Part shown: positions 49,824-58,304 of the stretch, piece after piece
How positions within the stretch are numbered: the first letter of the stretch is position 1
How the letters are laid out: every line of letters starts with the position of its first letter
Source: Desulfomicrobium sp.
Lineage (GTDB): Bacteria; Desulfobacterota; Desulfovibrionia; Desulfovibrionales; Desulfomicrobiaceae
Reading direction: 5' to 3'
DNA length: 64,000 nucleotides
Assembly: GCA_040768745.1 (NCBI GenBank)
Contig: JAXGMI010000003.1
Coordinates: forward strand, 192,001-256,000
The notes under the pieces: model-generated
Databases searched by the model: none
The model's input: only the letters and a program-made list of their open reading frames with translations
Told to the model about the DNA's origin: nothing
Position numbers and translations under genes: made by a program

Positions 49824-50672
49824 GTGAAGAAATTCTCGTTTATGGTTAGCTTGCTGATGGGGCTGGGTGTCCTGCTTCTGACCTGGCCAGACCACGCCTG
49901 TTCCGCCCGCATGGGTGGTGGGAAGTCCTTTGGGAGCAGGCCATCCTATTCCCAGAAATACCAGAAACCCGCTCCTGCGCCTGCTTCCCCGACCCAGCAG
50001 GCTGCGCCTGCCGGTTCCCCCATGGGAGGGCGCGGCATGTTCGGCGGCCTCCTGGGCGGCATGCTCATGGGCGGCCTCCTGGGATCCCTCTTTTTCGGCG
50101 GCCCGTTCACAGGCCCCTCCCTCGTGGACATCCTGCTCATCGGCGGCGGCCTGTTCCTGCTTTTTCGCTTTCTGCGCAGCCGGCAGCCGGCCATGCAGAC
50201 CCCGGGCAGTCCTGCGCGGGACAGGAGCCCTGGAGGGGCATGGGACACCTTGCGCTCGGCGCAGTCCTCCCCCCAGTCCCCGAGTTCTCGCGTCCCGGCG
50301 GGATTTGACGAACAGGAGTTCCTGGACGGCGCCAAGGCCGCCTACACCCGCCTGCAGGCAGCGTGGGACGCACGCGATCTGGAGGACATCCGCCAATTCA
50401 CCTCCGACGAGGTTTATGCGGAGATCCAAGCCCAGACTGCCACAGACCCCAATCCTGGCCGCACGGAAATTCTTCTGCTGGAAGCCCGGCTGCTGGAAGT
50501 GAACACCCTGGGCAACCAGACCGTGGCCACCGTTCTTTTTGACGCCATGCTGCGCGAAGGTTCTGCCCACAAGCAGGCCGAACAGGTCCGCGAGGCGTGG
50601 CATTTCAGCCGCTACGAAACAGGCGGCAGCTCGCACTGGGTCGTGGAAGGCATCCAGCAGCTGGAGCGGTAG
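49824..50672 (+). CDS. Tim44-like domain protein
   Basis: ARMGGGKSFGSR, Gly-rich TM region, FLDGAKAAYTRLQAAWD, WVVEGIQQ; GTG after AGGAGGAG. Confidence 0.85.
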   Translation: MKKFSFMVSLLMGLGVLLLTWPDHACSARMGGGKSFGSRPSYSQKYQKPAPAPASPTQQAAPAGSPMGGRGMFGGLLGGMLMGGLLGSLFFGGPFTGPSLVDILLIGGGLFLLFRFLRSRQPAMQTPGSPARDRSPGGAWDTLRSAQSSPQSPSSRVPAGFDEQEFLDGAKAAYTRLQAAWDARDLEDIRQFTSDEVYAEIQAQTATDPNPGRTEILLLEARLLEVNTLGNQTVATVLFDAMLREGSAHKQAEQVREAWHFSRYETGGSSHWVVEGIQQLER

Positions 50673-50674
50673 CC

Positions 50675-50902
50675 ATGCCTGAGGATACGATCAGCTGCCC
50701 GATCTGCGGCCATCCCGCACGCATCAGCGGCAGGTGAGCCACGGCGCGCATCTTGTGCGGGTTCTGCATGAGTGACGTCCTGGCCGCCCATCATCGGGAC
50801 GCCATCGAGGCCTACAAAGAAGCGCTTATTGCCGGCGCCAATCCTGACCAGACGCCGGAACATAGAATTGTCACACTCAATTGCGAAAGGGAGCAACCAT
50901 GA
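50675..50902 (+). pseudogene. Small CxxC...CxxC zinc-ribbon ORF with internal TGA (50735-50737)
   Basis: MPEDTISCPICGHPARISGR*ATARILCGFCMSDVLAAHHRDAIEAYKEAL...; starts 2 nt after the Tim44 stop and ends in an ATGA overlap with the next gene. Confidence 0.45.
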
Positions 50903-51651
50903 AACGCATCGTCACCCTGACCATCCTGTTCTGTTCCATTGCCTCCTCCGTACTGGCCGCAAATCCCGAGGATGCGCTCAAGGCCCTGAACCTTGGCAAC
51001 CAGAAGTACGTTCTGGAGCAATCCATGGAAGGCGGACCGCTGGCTGCCGTCATTGTCGATCCGACCGTAAGCGCATCTCCTGCTGCCCTGTTCGGGCTTG
51101 CGGGTACCCAGCTGATCGCGGCCAAAACCGATGGCACAGGGCTGGAACAGGCCCTGGGGGCCCCCCTGATTCTCATCCTCGGGACCGAGGAAAATGCCGT
51201 GTGGGCAGTCTATGCCGAAGTGCTGAAGTCCTCCGCAGATCTGATCCACGCAGTGCTCAAAGGAAAGACCGTCATCCAGGGCGCTGTCCTGACCCCTTCC
51301 ACTGGCGAGGTGAAAATCCTGGGCTCCCATCCCGATCTTGTGATCATGGCCGCCCAGCACGTCCTGGGCACCCCAGCCCAGCCTGCTCCAGCTGACGCGA
51401 CGCCCGCCCCCCCAGCAATGGAAAACCCCGCTGCCGGGGAATCCCCTGCAGCCCAAACCCAGGCCGATCCCGCACCGGAAGCGGCACAAGGTGAAAGCCA
51501 TGCGACGCCGGTCCAAGCCGACCAGAACGCTGCCACGGCAGAAAAGCACGAAGCGCCTGCCTCTGGCGGAGGGCCTGTCGGTGTCATCATTTTCATCCTG
51601 GCCCTCATCGCCGCCGTGGTTTTCATGGATAAAACCGTGCTGAAACCCTGA
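50899..51651 (+). CDS. Exported, C-terminally anchored degenerate beta-carbonic-anhydrase-like protein without zinc ligands
   Basis: Segment-by-segment similarity to 52068..53144, but CSDSR and HxxC are absent. Confidence 0.7.
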   Translation: MKRIVTLTILFCSIASSVLAANPEDALKALNLGNQKYVLEQSMEGGPLAAVIVDPTVSASPAALFGLAGTQLIAAKTDGTGLEQALGAPLILILGTEENAVWAVYAEVLKSSADLIHAVLKGKTVIQGAVLTPSTGEVKILGSHPDLVIMAAQHVLGTPAQPAPADATPAPPAMENPAAGESPAAQTQADPAPEAAQGESHATPVQADQNAATAEKHEAPASGGGPVGVIIFILALIAAVVFMDKTVLKP

Positions 51652-51696
51652 ACCAGCTCATTCGATTTCTAAATGAGAATGATGCCCGAAAAAGTC

Positions 51697-51817
51697 ATGG
51701 GTTGCCACGCGCCCTGCGGTCGCACCCTGAAGGGTATGGACTCGCAATGACGAGAAACGACTCTCGTCATCGCGCAGGGCTCGACTTTTGCGAGGAGTCT
51801 TCGACGAAGCAATCCAC
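51697..51817. repeat. Inverted pair of family 2 REP-like elements, each with an 18-nt insert
   Basis: ATGGGTTGCCACG..GC[51724-51741]TCGCAATGACG and CGTCATCGCG[51775-51792]AGGAG..GCAATCCAC. Confidence 0.7.
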
Positions 51818-52067
51818 GCCTTTTGAAATTACTGCTTTGATATAGAAATTGAATGACCAGCGGCGTGCAGGGACGACTTGCGCGCCGTTTTTTTTGGCAT
51901 GACGCCCATGGCCTCGCGAAAGATGCATTCTTCCGATAGGGGGACGCCTTGAAATGCGAGAGAGGTTAGGATAAGCTTGTGCAACTTTTCCCGAGCGGCA
52001 CGATGCGACGGCAGCGTCACACGCAGGGGGGGTGCACATCAATTTTCACAATTGCAGGGGGTTTCGC

Positions 52068-53144
52068 ATGTTCGTCAAACGTCTTGTCCTGATCGCGTTT
52101 TTCACCTTGGCGCCAATGGTGCTCATGGCCTCTTCCGAGGCAACCCATCCTGTCAGCCCGGAACAGGGGTTGCAGATGCTGGTTGACGGCAATCTTCGCT
52201 TTTCCCTGGGCCAGGCCGCCCGTCCCAATTCTGATTTCTCCCGCCGCCTGCTGACCGCGACCAAGGGGCAGGCCCCCTTTGCCACGATCATTGCATGCTC
52301 CGACTCCCGCGTTCCGGTGGAAATTCTGTTTGACCAGGGCGTTGGCGATCTTTTCGTCATCAAAGTCGCCGGCAATGTGGCCGACATCGATGAAATCGGG
52401 TCCGCCGAATACGGCGTGGACCATCTCGGCACGCCGGTGTTGATGGTTCTGGGTCATACCTACTGCGGCGCTGTCACGGCCGTGACAACGGGTGCCGAAG
52501 TCCATGGCGCCATTCCCCAGCTGGTGGACAACATCATTCCGGCCCTGGAGAAGGCAAAACATGAGCATCCCCAGGCTGAAGGCGCCGATCTCATTGCCAA
52601 GGTCACTGATGCGAACCTCTGGCAGGCGGTGGAGGATCTGCTGACCAAAAGCCATGCCATCTCTGCCCGCGCTGCGGCAGGCAAGGTTGCCGTTGTCGGG
52701 GCCATGTATGACATTTTGAGCGGCAAGGTCACAATTCTGGGAACGCACCCCAGGCAGGCTGAACTCCTTGCTGGCGCCAGCCATGCAGCCCCTGCTGGAC
52801 ATGGCGCCCATCCAGCTCCCGCCGCAGCCGCAGGCCACGCCGAACCGGCCAAGGCTGCCGCCCATGCAGAACCGGCCAAGGCTGCCGCCCATGCAGAACC
52901 GGCCAAGGCCGCGCAGGCCCCCAAGCATGCCGAACCAGCGGCCGCCCACGGCGAACAGAAAGCCGCTCCGGCCAAGGCTGTCCACGAAGCGCCAGCAGCT
53001 GAAAAAAAGGGTGATCATGCCCAGGCCGCGCAGGCCGAGGAAAAATCCGGCGGCTTCGGGTTCATGTCGTTCATCATCTTCGTTCTCCTGCTCATCGGCG
53101 CGGTCATTGTCCTGGACAAGAAGGTGCTGAACCCCGAAAAGTAG
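52068..53144 (+). CDS. Exported beta-carbonic anhydrase with His/Ala-rich linker and C-terminal TM anchor
   Basis: Signal peptide; ACSDSRVP, GDLFVIKVAGN, LGHTYCGAV. Confidence 0.9.
   Translation: MFVKRLVLIAFFTLAPMVLMASSEATHPVSPEQGLQMLVDGNLRFSLGQAARPNSDFSRRLLTATKGQAPFATIIACSDSRVPVEILFDQGVGDLFVIKVAGNVADIDEIGSAEYGVDHLGTPVLMVLGHTYCGAVTAVTTGAEVHGAIPQLVDNIIPALEKAKHEHPQAEGADLIAKVTDANLWQAVEDLLTKSHAISARAAAGKVAVVGAMYDILSGKVTILGTHPRQAELLAGASHAAPAGHGAHPAPAAAAGHAEPAKAAAHAEPAKAAAHAEPAKAAQAPKHAEPAAAHGEQKAAPAKAVHEAPAAEKKGDHAQAAQAEEKSGGFGFMSFIIFVLLLIGAVIVLDKKVLNPEK
52842..52909 (+). repeat. 27-bp coding tandem repeat, about 2.5 copies (EPAKAAAHA)
   Basis: GAACCGGCCAAGGCTGCCGCCCATGCA twice plus a partial copy. 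Confidence 0.9.
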
Positions 53145-53507
53145 CAGATCAGATCTCTCTTCATCCATCCGGGGAGGGCAACCTCCCCGGCCCCTTGACC
53201 GCCCCCCGCTGGGTGAGATCCGGCATGACCGCACCCGGTTTTCCAATTCAGAGGCTTTTTCAGCATTCTCGACCCCCAGGACCCGCCACCGCAGCGCGTC
53301 CTTTGTCGCGAGGCCGCGACCCGTGGACGTCCCCGCCCTGCGCTGGTCCCTTGCTGTTCCTCAATCGGGCGCAGGGACTGGTCCCGGGGAGAGAGGGGGC
53401 AGCCCCTGCCAAGACATTCCGCGTTGCGGGCGTACTGTTGGCAGGTGGACAAAATTCTAAACGCAAAAAGGCTTACAAGAAAATTTCCTGCAAGCCTTTG
53501 TTTTTCC

Positions 53508-53584
53508 TGGTCGGGGCGACTGGACTCGAACCAGCGACCCTCGGTTCCCAAAACCGATGCGCTACCAAACTGCGCTACGCCCCG
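53508..53584 (-). tRNA. tRNA-Pro(TGG)
   Basis: CGGGGCGTAGCGCAGTTTGGTAGCGCATCGGTTTTGGGAACCGA...GTTCGAGTCCAGTCGCCCCGACCA. Confidence 0.96.
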
Positions 53585-53686
53585 AAGAGCGAAATCACTA
53601 CACATCCCGGCTTTGCACTGTCAACAGCTTTCTCCTGGAGAAACCTGATCCTGGACAGTTTCTGATTCCGACCGTAGACCCCAGCC

Positions 53687-54469
53687 ATGCCACCCGTCAT
53701 CGCTCTGCTCACAGATTTCGGCCATGTGGACCCCTATGTCGGACAGATGAAAGGAACGATCCTCCAGCATGCCCCCGGGGCGGTCATCGTGGATCTTTGC
53801 CACGAGATCCTGCCGCACAATGCAGGACAGGCCGGATTCCTGCTCCAGGCCAGCCGCCACCACTTTCCCCGCAACGCCATTTTCGTCTGCGTCGTCGATC
53901 CGGAAGTGGGCTTTCAGCGCAACCTCCTCCTGGCCCGCCAGGCGGAGCAGCTTTTTCTGGCCCCCGACAACGGCCTGCTCAGCTTTCTTGGGGACCTGGA
54001 GACGTCCTGGTGGACGATCGAACCCGGCCCTGCAACCCCATGTCACACATTCCACGGCCGGGACATCCTGGCCCCGGCGGCTGGCAATCTGGCCATGGGC
54101 GCAGACCCTGCATCCCTGGGCAGACCCATGGCCCGGCCCGGAGTGAGGCGGTCTCCCATTTTCTGGGCAATCCCGGAAGACGACACCTTCCCTTGCCGCG
54201 TCCTGCATGTGGACCGGTTCGGCAACTGCCTGCTCAACCTGCGCAGTGCAGATTTTTCCATGACCGGACACCCCTGGCGCCTCGAAAACGGCACCCTTGT
54301 CAAGGAGGCCCGCACCTACGCCGACCTCGCTCCGGAGGAGTATGGCCTTCTGGCCGGCAGCCAGGGCGTCATGGAACTGGCCCTGAACCAGGATTCATGC
54401 GCGAGACGCCTCGGCCTCGCCCCCGGGGACGCGCTGCACCTGATCAGCACTCGACCGGGACGGCCATGA
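53687..54469 (+). CDS. SAM hydroxide adenosyltransferase (DUF62, fluorinase/chlorinase superfamily)
   Basis: LLTDFG..DPYVGQMKG, VVDPEVG, APDNGLL, TFHGRDI, DRFGN. Confidence 0.88.
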   Translation: MPPVIALLTDFGHVDPYVGQMKGTILQHAPGAVIVDLCHEILPHNAGQAGFLLQASRHHFPRNAIFVCVVDPEVGFQRNLLLARQAEQLFLAPDNGLLSFLGDLETSWWTIEPGPATPCHTFHGRDILAPAAGNLAMGADPASLGRPMARPGVRRSPIFWAIPEDDTFPCRVLHVDRFGNCLLNLRSADFSMTGHPWRLENGTLVKEARTYADLAPEEYGLLAGSQGVMELALNQDSCARRLGLAPGDALHLISTRPGRP

Positions 54470-55212
54470 AACCCCTGGCCGATTTCCATGTGGCCCTGAC
54501 CTTCCTGACCCGCCTGGGCCGCGCCCGCCTGGTCAGCCCGGCGGACATCAGCGGATCCATGTCCATGTATCCCCTGGTCGGCGCCCTCATCGGTCTCATC
54601 CTCGCACTTGCATCTTTCGCGCCCCTCTCTCCTGCTGTCCTGGCCTGGATTCTGACCGGACTGAACCTGTATGTGACCCGCGGACTGCACTGGGACGGCT
54701 GGGCCGACCTTTGGGATGGCTGGGGGAGCGGGACCGTGGGCGAGCGCTTCTGGTCCATTGTCAAGGACAGCCGCACCGGCGCCTTCGGGGTCATGGGGCT
54801 CGTCCTCGGCCTCGGGTTGCAATCCGCCCTTTTCGAACGCGCCCTGGCCAAAGGCGCATGGACGGCCCTGATCTGGGCACCGGTTTTCGGTCGTTTCTGC
54901 TGCCTGGTGCTGGCCCGCTGGGGCAGAGGCCTGGCCAGGCCGGGACTCGGCCAGAATGCGGCACACGGCGCGACGTCCCGGGCATTGTTCGGCGCGGGCG
55001 CCACCACCCTGCTGGCCGGCTGCCTCGTGCCCTGGCCGCAGGCCGCCGCAACCGTTGTGCTGGCAGTTTTCCCCCTGGTGGCCCTGATCCGCCTGGGCCG
55101 CCGTCAGAACGGCCTGAACGGCGATTTTCTGGGCGCTGCCATCATCGCCGGCGAACTTTGCGCCCTGCTGTCTCTCTGTCTCGTTTCCGACAGCGTTCAG
55201 GCGATCTTCTGA
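54466..55212 (+). CDS. cobS: Adenosylcobinamide-GDP ribazoletransferase (cobalamin synthase)
   Basis: FLTRL, GLHWDGWADLWDG, KDSRTGAFG, GLNGDFLGA; ATGA overlap with upstream gene. Confidence 0.88.
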   Translation: MKPLADFHVALTFLTRLGRARLVSPADISGSMSMYPLVGALIGLILALASFAPLSPAVLAWILTGLNLYVTRGLHWDGWADLWDGWGSGTVGERFWSIVKDSRTGAFGVMGLVLGLGLQSALFERALAKGAWTALIWAPVFGRFCCLVLARWGRGLARPGLGQNAAHGATSRALFGAGATTLLAGCLVPWPQAAATVVLAVFPLVALIRLGRRQNGLNGDFLGAAIIAGELCALLSLCLVSDSVQAIF

Positions 55213-55355
55213 TCCTGAATCCGCGAATCCCCCATTCACGACCGGGGGCCGGCCCCGGGCTTCATTGACCAGGATCCCTTTTTTTAGTAGCAGCGCCCGG
55301 AACGCTCGAACTAAGTGCGTACTCAGCGACGATTTAATTTCTACAGGAGAATGCA

Positions 55356-56438
55356 ATGGACTTCCCGCAACTCAAGATCGGAGATCTTGTAGCTAAAATT
55401 CCCATTATTCAAGGCGGCATGGGGGTCGGTATTTCCCTTTCCGGCCTGGCTTCAGCCGTGGCCAATGAAGGGGGAATCGGCGTCATCGCCGGAGCCATGA
55501 TCGGCATGGGCGAACCGGACATTGGCAGCAATTACCGCGAAGCGAACATCCGCGCCCTCCAGCGCGAGCTGCGCAGGGCCCGCGAATTGACCAGCGGCAT
55601 TCTGGGCGTGAACATCATGGTCGCCCTGACCAACTTCAGCGATCTGGTCAAAACCTCCATCAAGGAGGGCGCGGACATCATCTTCTCCGGCGCCGGGCTG
55701 CCCCTGGATCTGCCGTCCTACATCAAGGACGGAGCCAAAACCAAGCTTGTGCCCATTGTTTCCTCGGCCCGGGCCGCCACCATCATCTGCAAAAAGTGGC
55801 TGTCCAGGTTCAACTACCTGCCTGATGCCTTCGTGGTCGAAGGACCCAAGGCCGGCGGACATCTGGGATTCAAGCCCGAAGAGATCGACAACCCGCAGTT
55901 CGCCCTGGAGGAGATCGTGCCCCAGGTCATCGAGGCTGTGCGCGAATTCGAGGCCAAGGCCGAGAGGCCAATCCCTGTCATTGCCGCTGGCGGGATCTAC
56001 GACGGCGCCGACATCCACAAGTTCCTGAAGATGGGCGCGGCCGGCGTGCAGATGGGCACCCGTTTCGTGGCCACCCACGAGTGCGACGCGGACCTGAAAT
56101 TCAAGGAGACCTACATCAACGCCAAAGAAGAGGACATCCAGATCATCCAGAGCCCGGTGGGTCTGCCCGGCCGCGCGATCGTCGGCTCATTCCTGGAAGA
56201 TGTGCGGAAAGGCCTCAAAAAGCCTTTCAAATGCCCTTTCCATTGCGTTTCCTCCTGCGATCATACCAAAAGCCCGTATTGCATTGCCCTGGCCCTGGTG
56301 AATGCCAAGAAAGGGCTTTTGAAACACGGCTTCGCCTTTGCAGGGGAAAACGCCTACCGGGTAAGCGCCATCGTTTCCGTCAAGGAGCTGATCGAGTCCC
56401 TGCGCAAGGGGTATGTCGAAGCGGCCGGCGCAGCCTAG
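55356..56438 (+). CDS. Nitronate monooxygenase / FabK-like flavin oxidoreductase
   Basis: PIIQGGMGVG, EGPKAGGHLG, IAAGGI, GVQMGTRF. Confidence 0.88.
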   Translation: MDFPQLKIGDLVAKIPIIQGGMGVGISLSGLASAVANEGGIGVIAGAMIGMGEPDIGSNYREANIRALQRELRRARELTSGILGVNIMVALTNFSDLVKTSIKEGADIIFSGAGLPLDLPSYIKDGAKTKLVPIVSSARAATIICKKWLSRFNYLPDAFVVEGPKAGGHLGFKPEEIDNPQFALEEIVPQVIEAVREFEAKAERPIPVIAAGGIYDGADIHKFLKMGAAGVQMGTRFVATHECDADLKFKETYINAKEEDIQIIQSPVGLPGRAIVGSFLEDVRKGLKKPFKCPFHCVSSCDHTKSPYCIALALVNAKKGLLKHGFAFAGENAYRVSAIVSVKELIESLRKGYVEAAGAA

Positions 56439-56465
56439 ATTCTTTTCAGCTCCGCCCCCCTCAAG

Positions 56466-56490
56466 CCCGGTCCCCTGACCGGGTTTTTTT
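56466..56490 (+). terminator. Rho-independent terminator
   Basis: CCCGGTC-CCCT-GACCGGG followed by T7. Confidence 0.75.
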
Positions 56491-56517
56491 GTGCACGCTT
56501 TTTGCTTGCCCACACCC

Positions 56518-56961
56518 ATGGCGCGATCCTTTCATTTCAAGCTGGAAAAGATCCTGGACTACCGTCGCCAGGCCGAGGATCAGGCCAAGCTGGCCTTGAG
56601 CCAAGCCAGGGCAGCGGTTCGGGACCAGGTCCGCCTGCTCGACCGGGTGGAAAAGGAGCTGTCCGCCTGTGTGGCGGAAATGTCCGCACCCAGACAGATG
56701 AGCCAGGCCGACCTGTGGCTCTGGTCAGGGTGGCGCAGCAGCCTGGAACTTGACAAAAATCTGGCACAGGCAAAACTCACCCAACTGGAACTGCAGGCCG
56801 AGGCCCGGCACAAGGATCTGGTCACCAAATCCATGCAGCGAAAGCTCCTGGAAAAACTGAAGGCCAAACAGGCGGAAAAACATGAACACGAAGAACAGCG
56901 CGCGGAGCAGAACGCCTGCGACGAAGCCGCGACCCTCCGTCACGGGCGAACGTCTTTCTAG
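56518..56961 (+). CDS. fliJ: Flagellar export protein FliJ
   Basis: FHFKLEKILDYR..E..AK, coiled coil, KLLEKLK..EQ..DE. Confidence 0.82.
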   Translation: MARSFHFKLEKILDYRRQAEDQAKLALSQARAAVRDQVRLLDRVEKELSACVAEMSAPRQMSQADLWLWSGWRSSLELDKNLAQAKLTQLELQAEARHKDLVTKSMQRKLLEKLKAKQAEKHEHEEQRAEQNACDEAATLRHGRTSF

Positions 56962-57532
56962 GCTGGCCCAGGCAATGGCCGTGCTGGCCCTGATCAAGCT
57001 GACGGTCATCTCCTTCCTGTGGATCACTCCCCGCTTCCCGCCCAGTCCCATCCTCGAACCCATGGTCATTCGCCAGGCCATGGCCGCCACGAACCCTGCC
57101 CCAGCCGAACGTCCCGTGCCGGGGCCGGCACCGTCCCCCATGGACAATGCCACGTCCGCCCAGGCTCAGGGTCCTCAAAGCACGGAACAGGCCCTGGACA
57201 AACGTGAGCGGGATCTCAGGATCCTGGAGGCCGAAGTGAACCAGAAGCTGGAAACCCTGCGTGCCCTGGAGATCAAAGTTCAATCCCTCCTCGACTCGGC
57301 CAAAGCCCTCCGGGAGGAAAAAATGCAGCACCTCGTCGATGTCTACTCGAACATGAAGCCCAGACAGGCGGCCCAGGTACTGGAGAATCTGGAAGAATCC
57401 ATCGCTGTCAAGATCCTGGCAGGCATGACCGGGCGCAAGGCCGGTGAAGTCCTTTCCGCCGTCAGACCCGACAAGGCGGCCCAGCTCTCGACCGCCCTGA
57501 CCAGGCTCCAGACCACCGCCAAAGGAAACTAG
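56882..57532 (+). CDS. MotE/FlbB-like flagellar protein (MgtE-N-like C-terminus)
   Basis: TM helix, coiled coil, LVDVYSNMKPRQAAQVL..M..RKAGEVL; true start uncertain (possibly 56975). Confidence 0.72.
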   Translation: MNTKNSARSRTPATKPRPSVTGERLSRLAQAMAVLALIKLTVISFLWITPRFPPSPILEPMVIRQAMAATNPAPAERPVPGPAPSPMDNATSAQAQGPQSTEQALDKRERDLRILEAEVNQKLETLRALEIKVQSLLDSAKALREEKMQHLVDVYSNMKPRQAAQVLENLEESIAVKILAGMTGRKAGEVLSAVRPDKAAQLSTALTRLQTTAKGN

Positions 57533-57533
57533 C

Positions 57534-58274
57534 ATGCCGCGCATCCGCCTGACCCTGGCCTACGTCGGAACGCGCTACCGGGGATGGCAGATCCAGAACA
57601 ACGGGATGACCATCCAGGGCGTCCTGGAAGAGACCCTGTCCCGGATCTGCGAGGAGCCCATCCGGGTGCATGGATCAGGACGCACGGACTCGGGCGTGCA
57701 CGCCCTGGGCCAGGTGGCCCATTTCGACGCTCCAGGGGCCAAGGCCCGCATCCCATGGCAGAAGGCCCTCAACTCCATGCTTCCGGACGACATCGCCGTG
57801 CTGGATGCCCGTGAGGCAGGCCCCGAATTCCACGCCCGCTTTTCGGTCCGCTCCAAGCGCTACAGCTACACCATCTGGACAGAGCCGGGCTACGTCCTGC
57901 CCCAGCGCAGCCCCTTTGTCTGGCCAGTGCGGGGCATCGACCTGGAGGCCATGGACCTGGCCGCTGCGCACTTGGCCGGGACCCACGACTTCGCGGCCTT
58001 CCAGAACGCAGGAACCGAAATCAAGGGCACTGTGCGCACCCTGCAGCCCATCGTACGCACAAAGGGAATGTGGCCGTCGGAATGGGTTTTTGTCTTTCAG
58101 GCCGACGGATTTCTCAAGCAAATGGTCCGCAACCTGATGGGTCTTCTGGTGGAGATCGGGCGGGGCGGCATGGGTTCTGCCGATGCCCAGGCTGTCCTCA
58201 ATGGCCTCGACCGCCGGCGGGCCCCGGCCACGGCCCCGCCGCAGGGACTCTGCCTGGACGAAGTCATCTACTGA
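57534..58274 (+). CDS. truA: tRNA pseudouridine(38-40) synthase
   Basis: GWQIQ, GSGRTDSGVHALGQ, FHARF, GFLKQMVR, APPQGL. Confidence 0.95.
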   Translation: MPRIRLTLAYVGTRYRGWQIQNNGMTIQGVLEETLSRICEEPIRVHGSGRTDSGVHALGQVAHFDAPGAKARIPWQKALNSMLPDDIAVLDAREAGPEFHARFSVRSKRYSYTIWTEPGYVLPQRSPFVWPVRGIDLEAMDLAAAHLAGTHDFAAFQNAGTEIKGTVRTLQPIVRTKGMWPSEWVFVFQADGFLKQMVRNLMGLLVEIGRGGMGSADAQAVLNGLDRRRAPATAPPQGLCLDEVIY

Positions 58275-58304
58275 GACCGCCCTGTCCCTTCGGACGGGAC
58301 AACT

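Noticed and set aside
49448..53584. Genomic island between tRNA-Ser and tRNA-Pro
   Set aside because: No integrase, no att duplication and no evident compositional shift
53687..54469. Fluorinase linked to the fluoride riboswitch
   Set aside because: About 48 kb apart; the protein keeps the Asp/Arg/His-type motifs (TFHGRD) typical of DUF62 hydrolases
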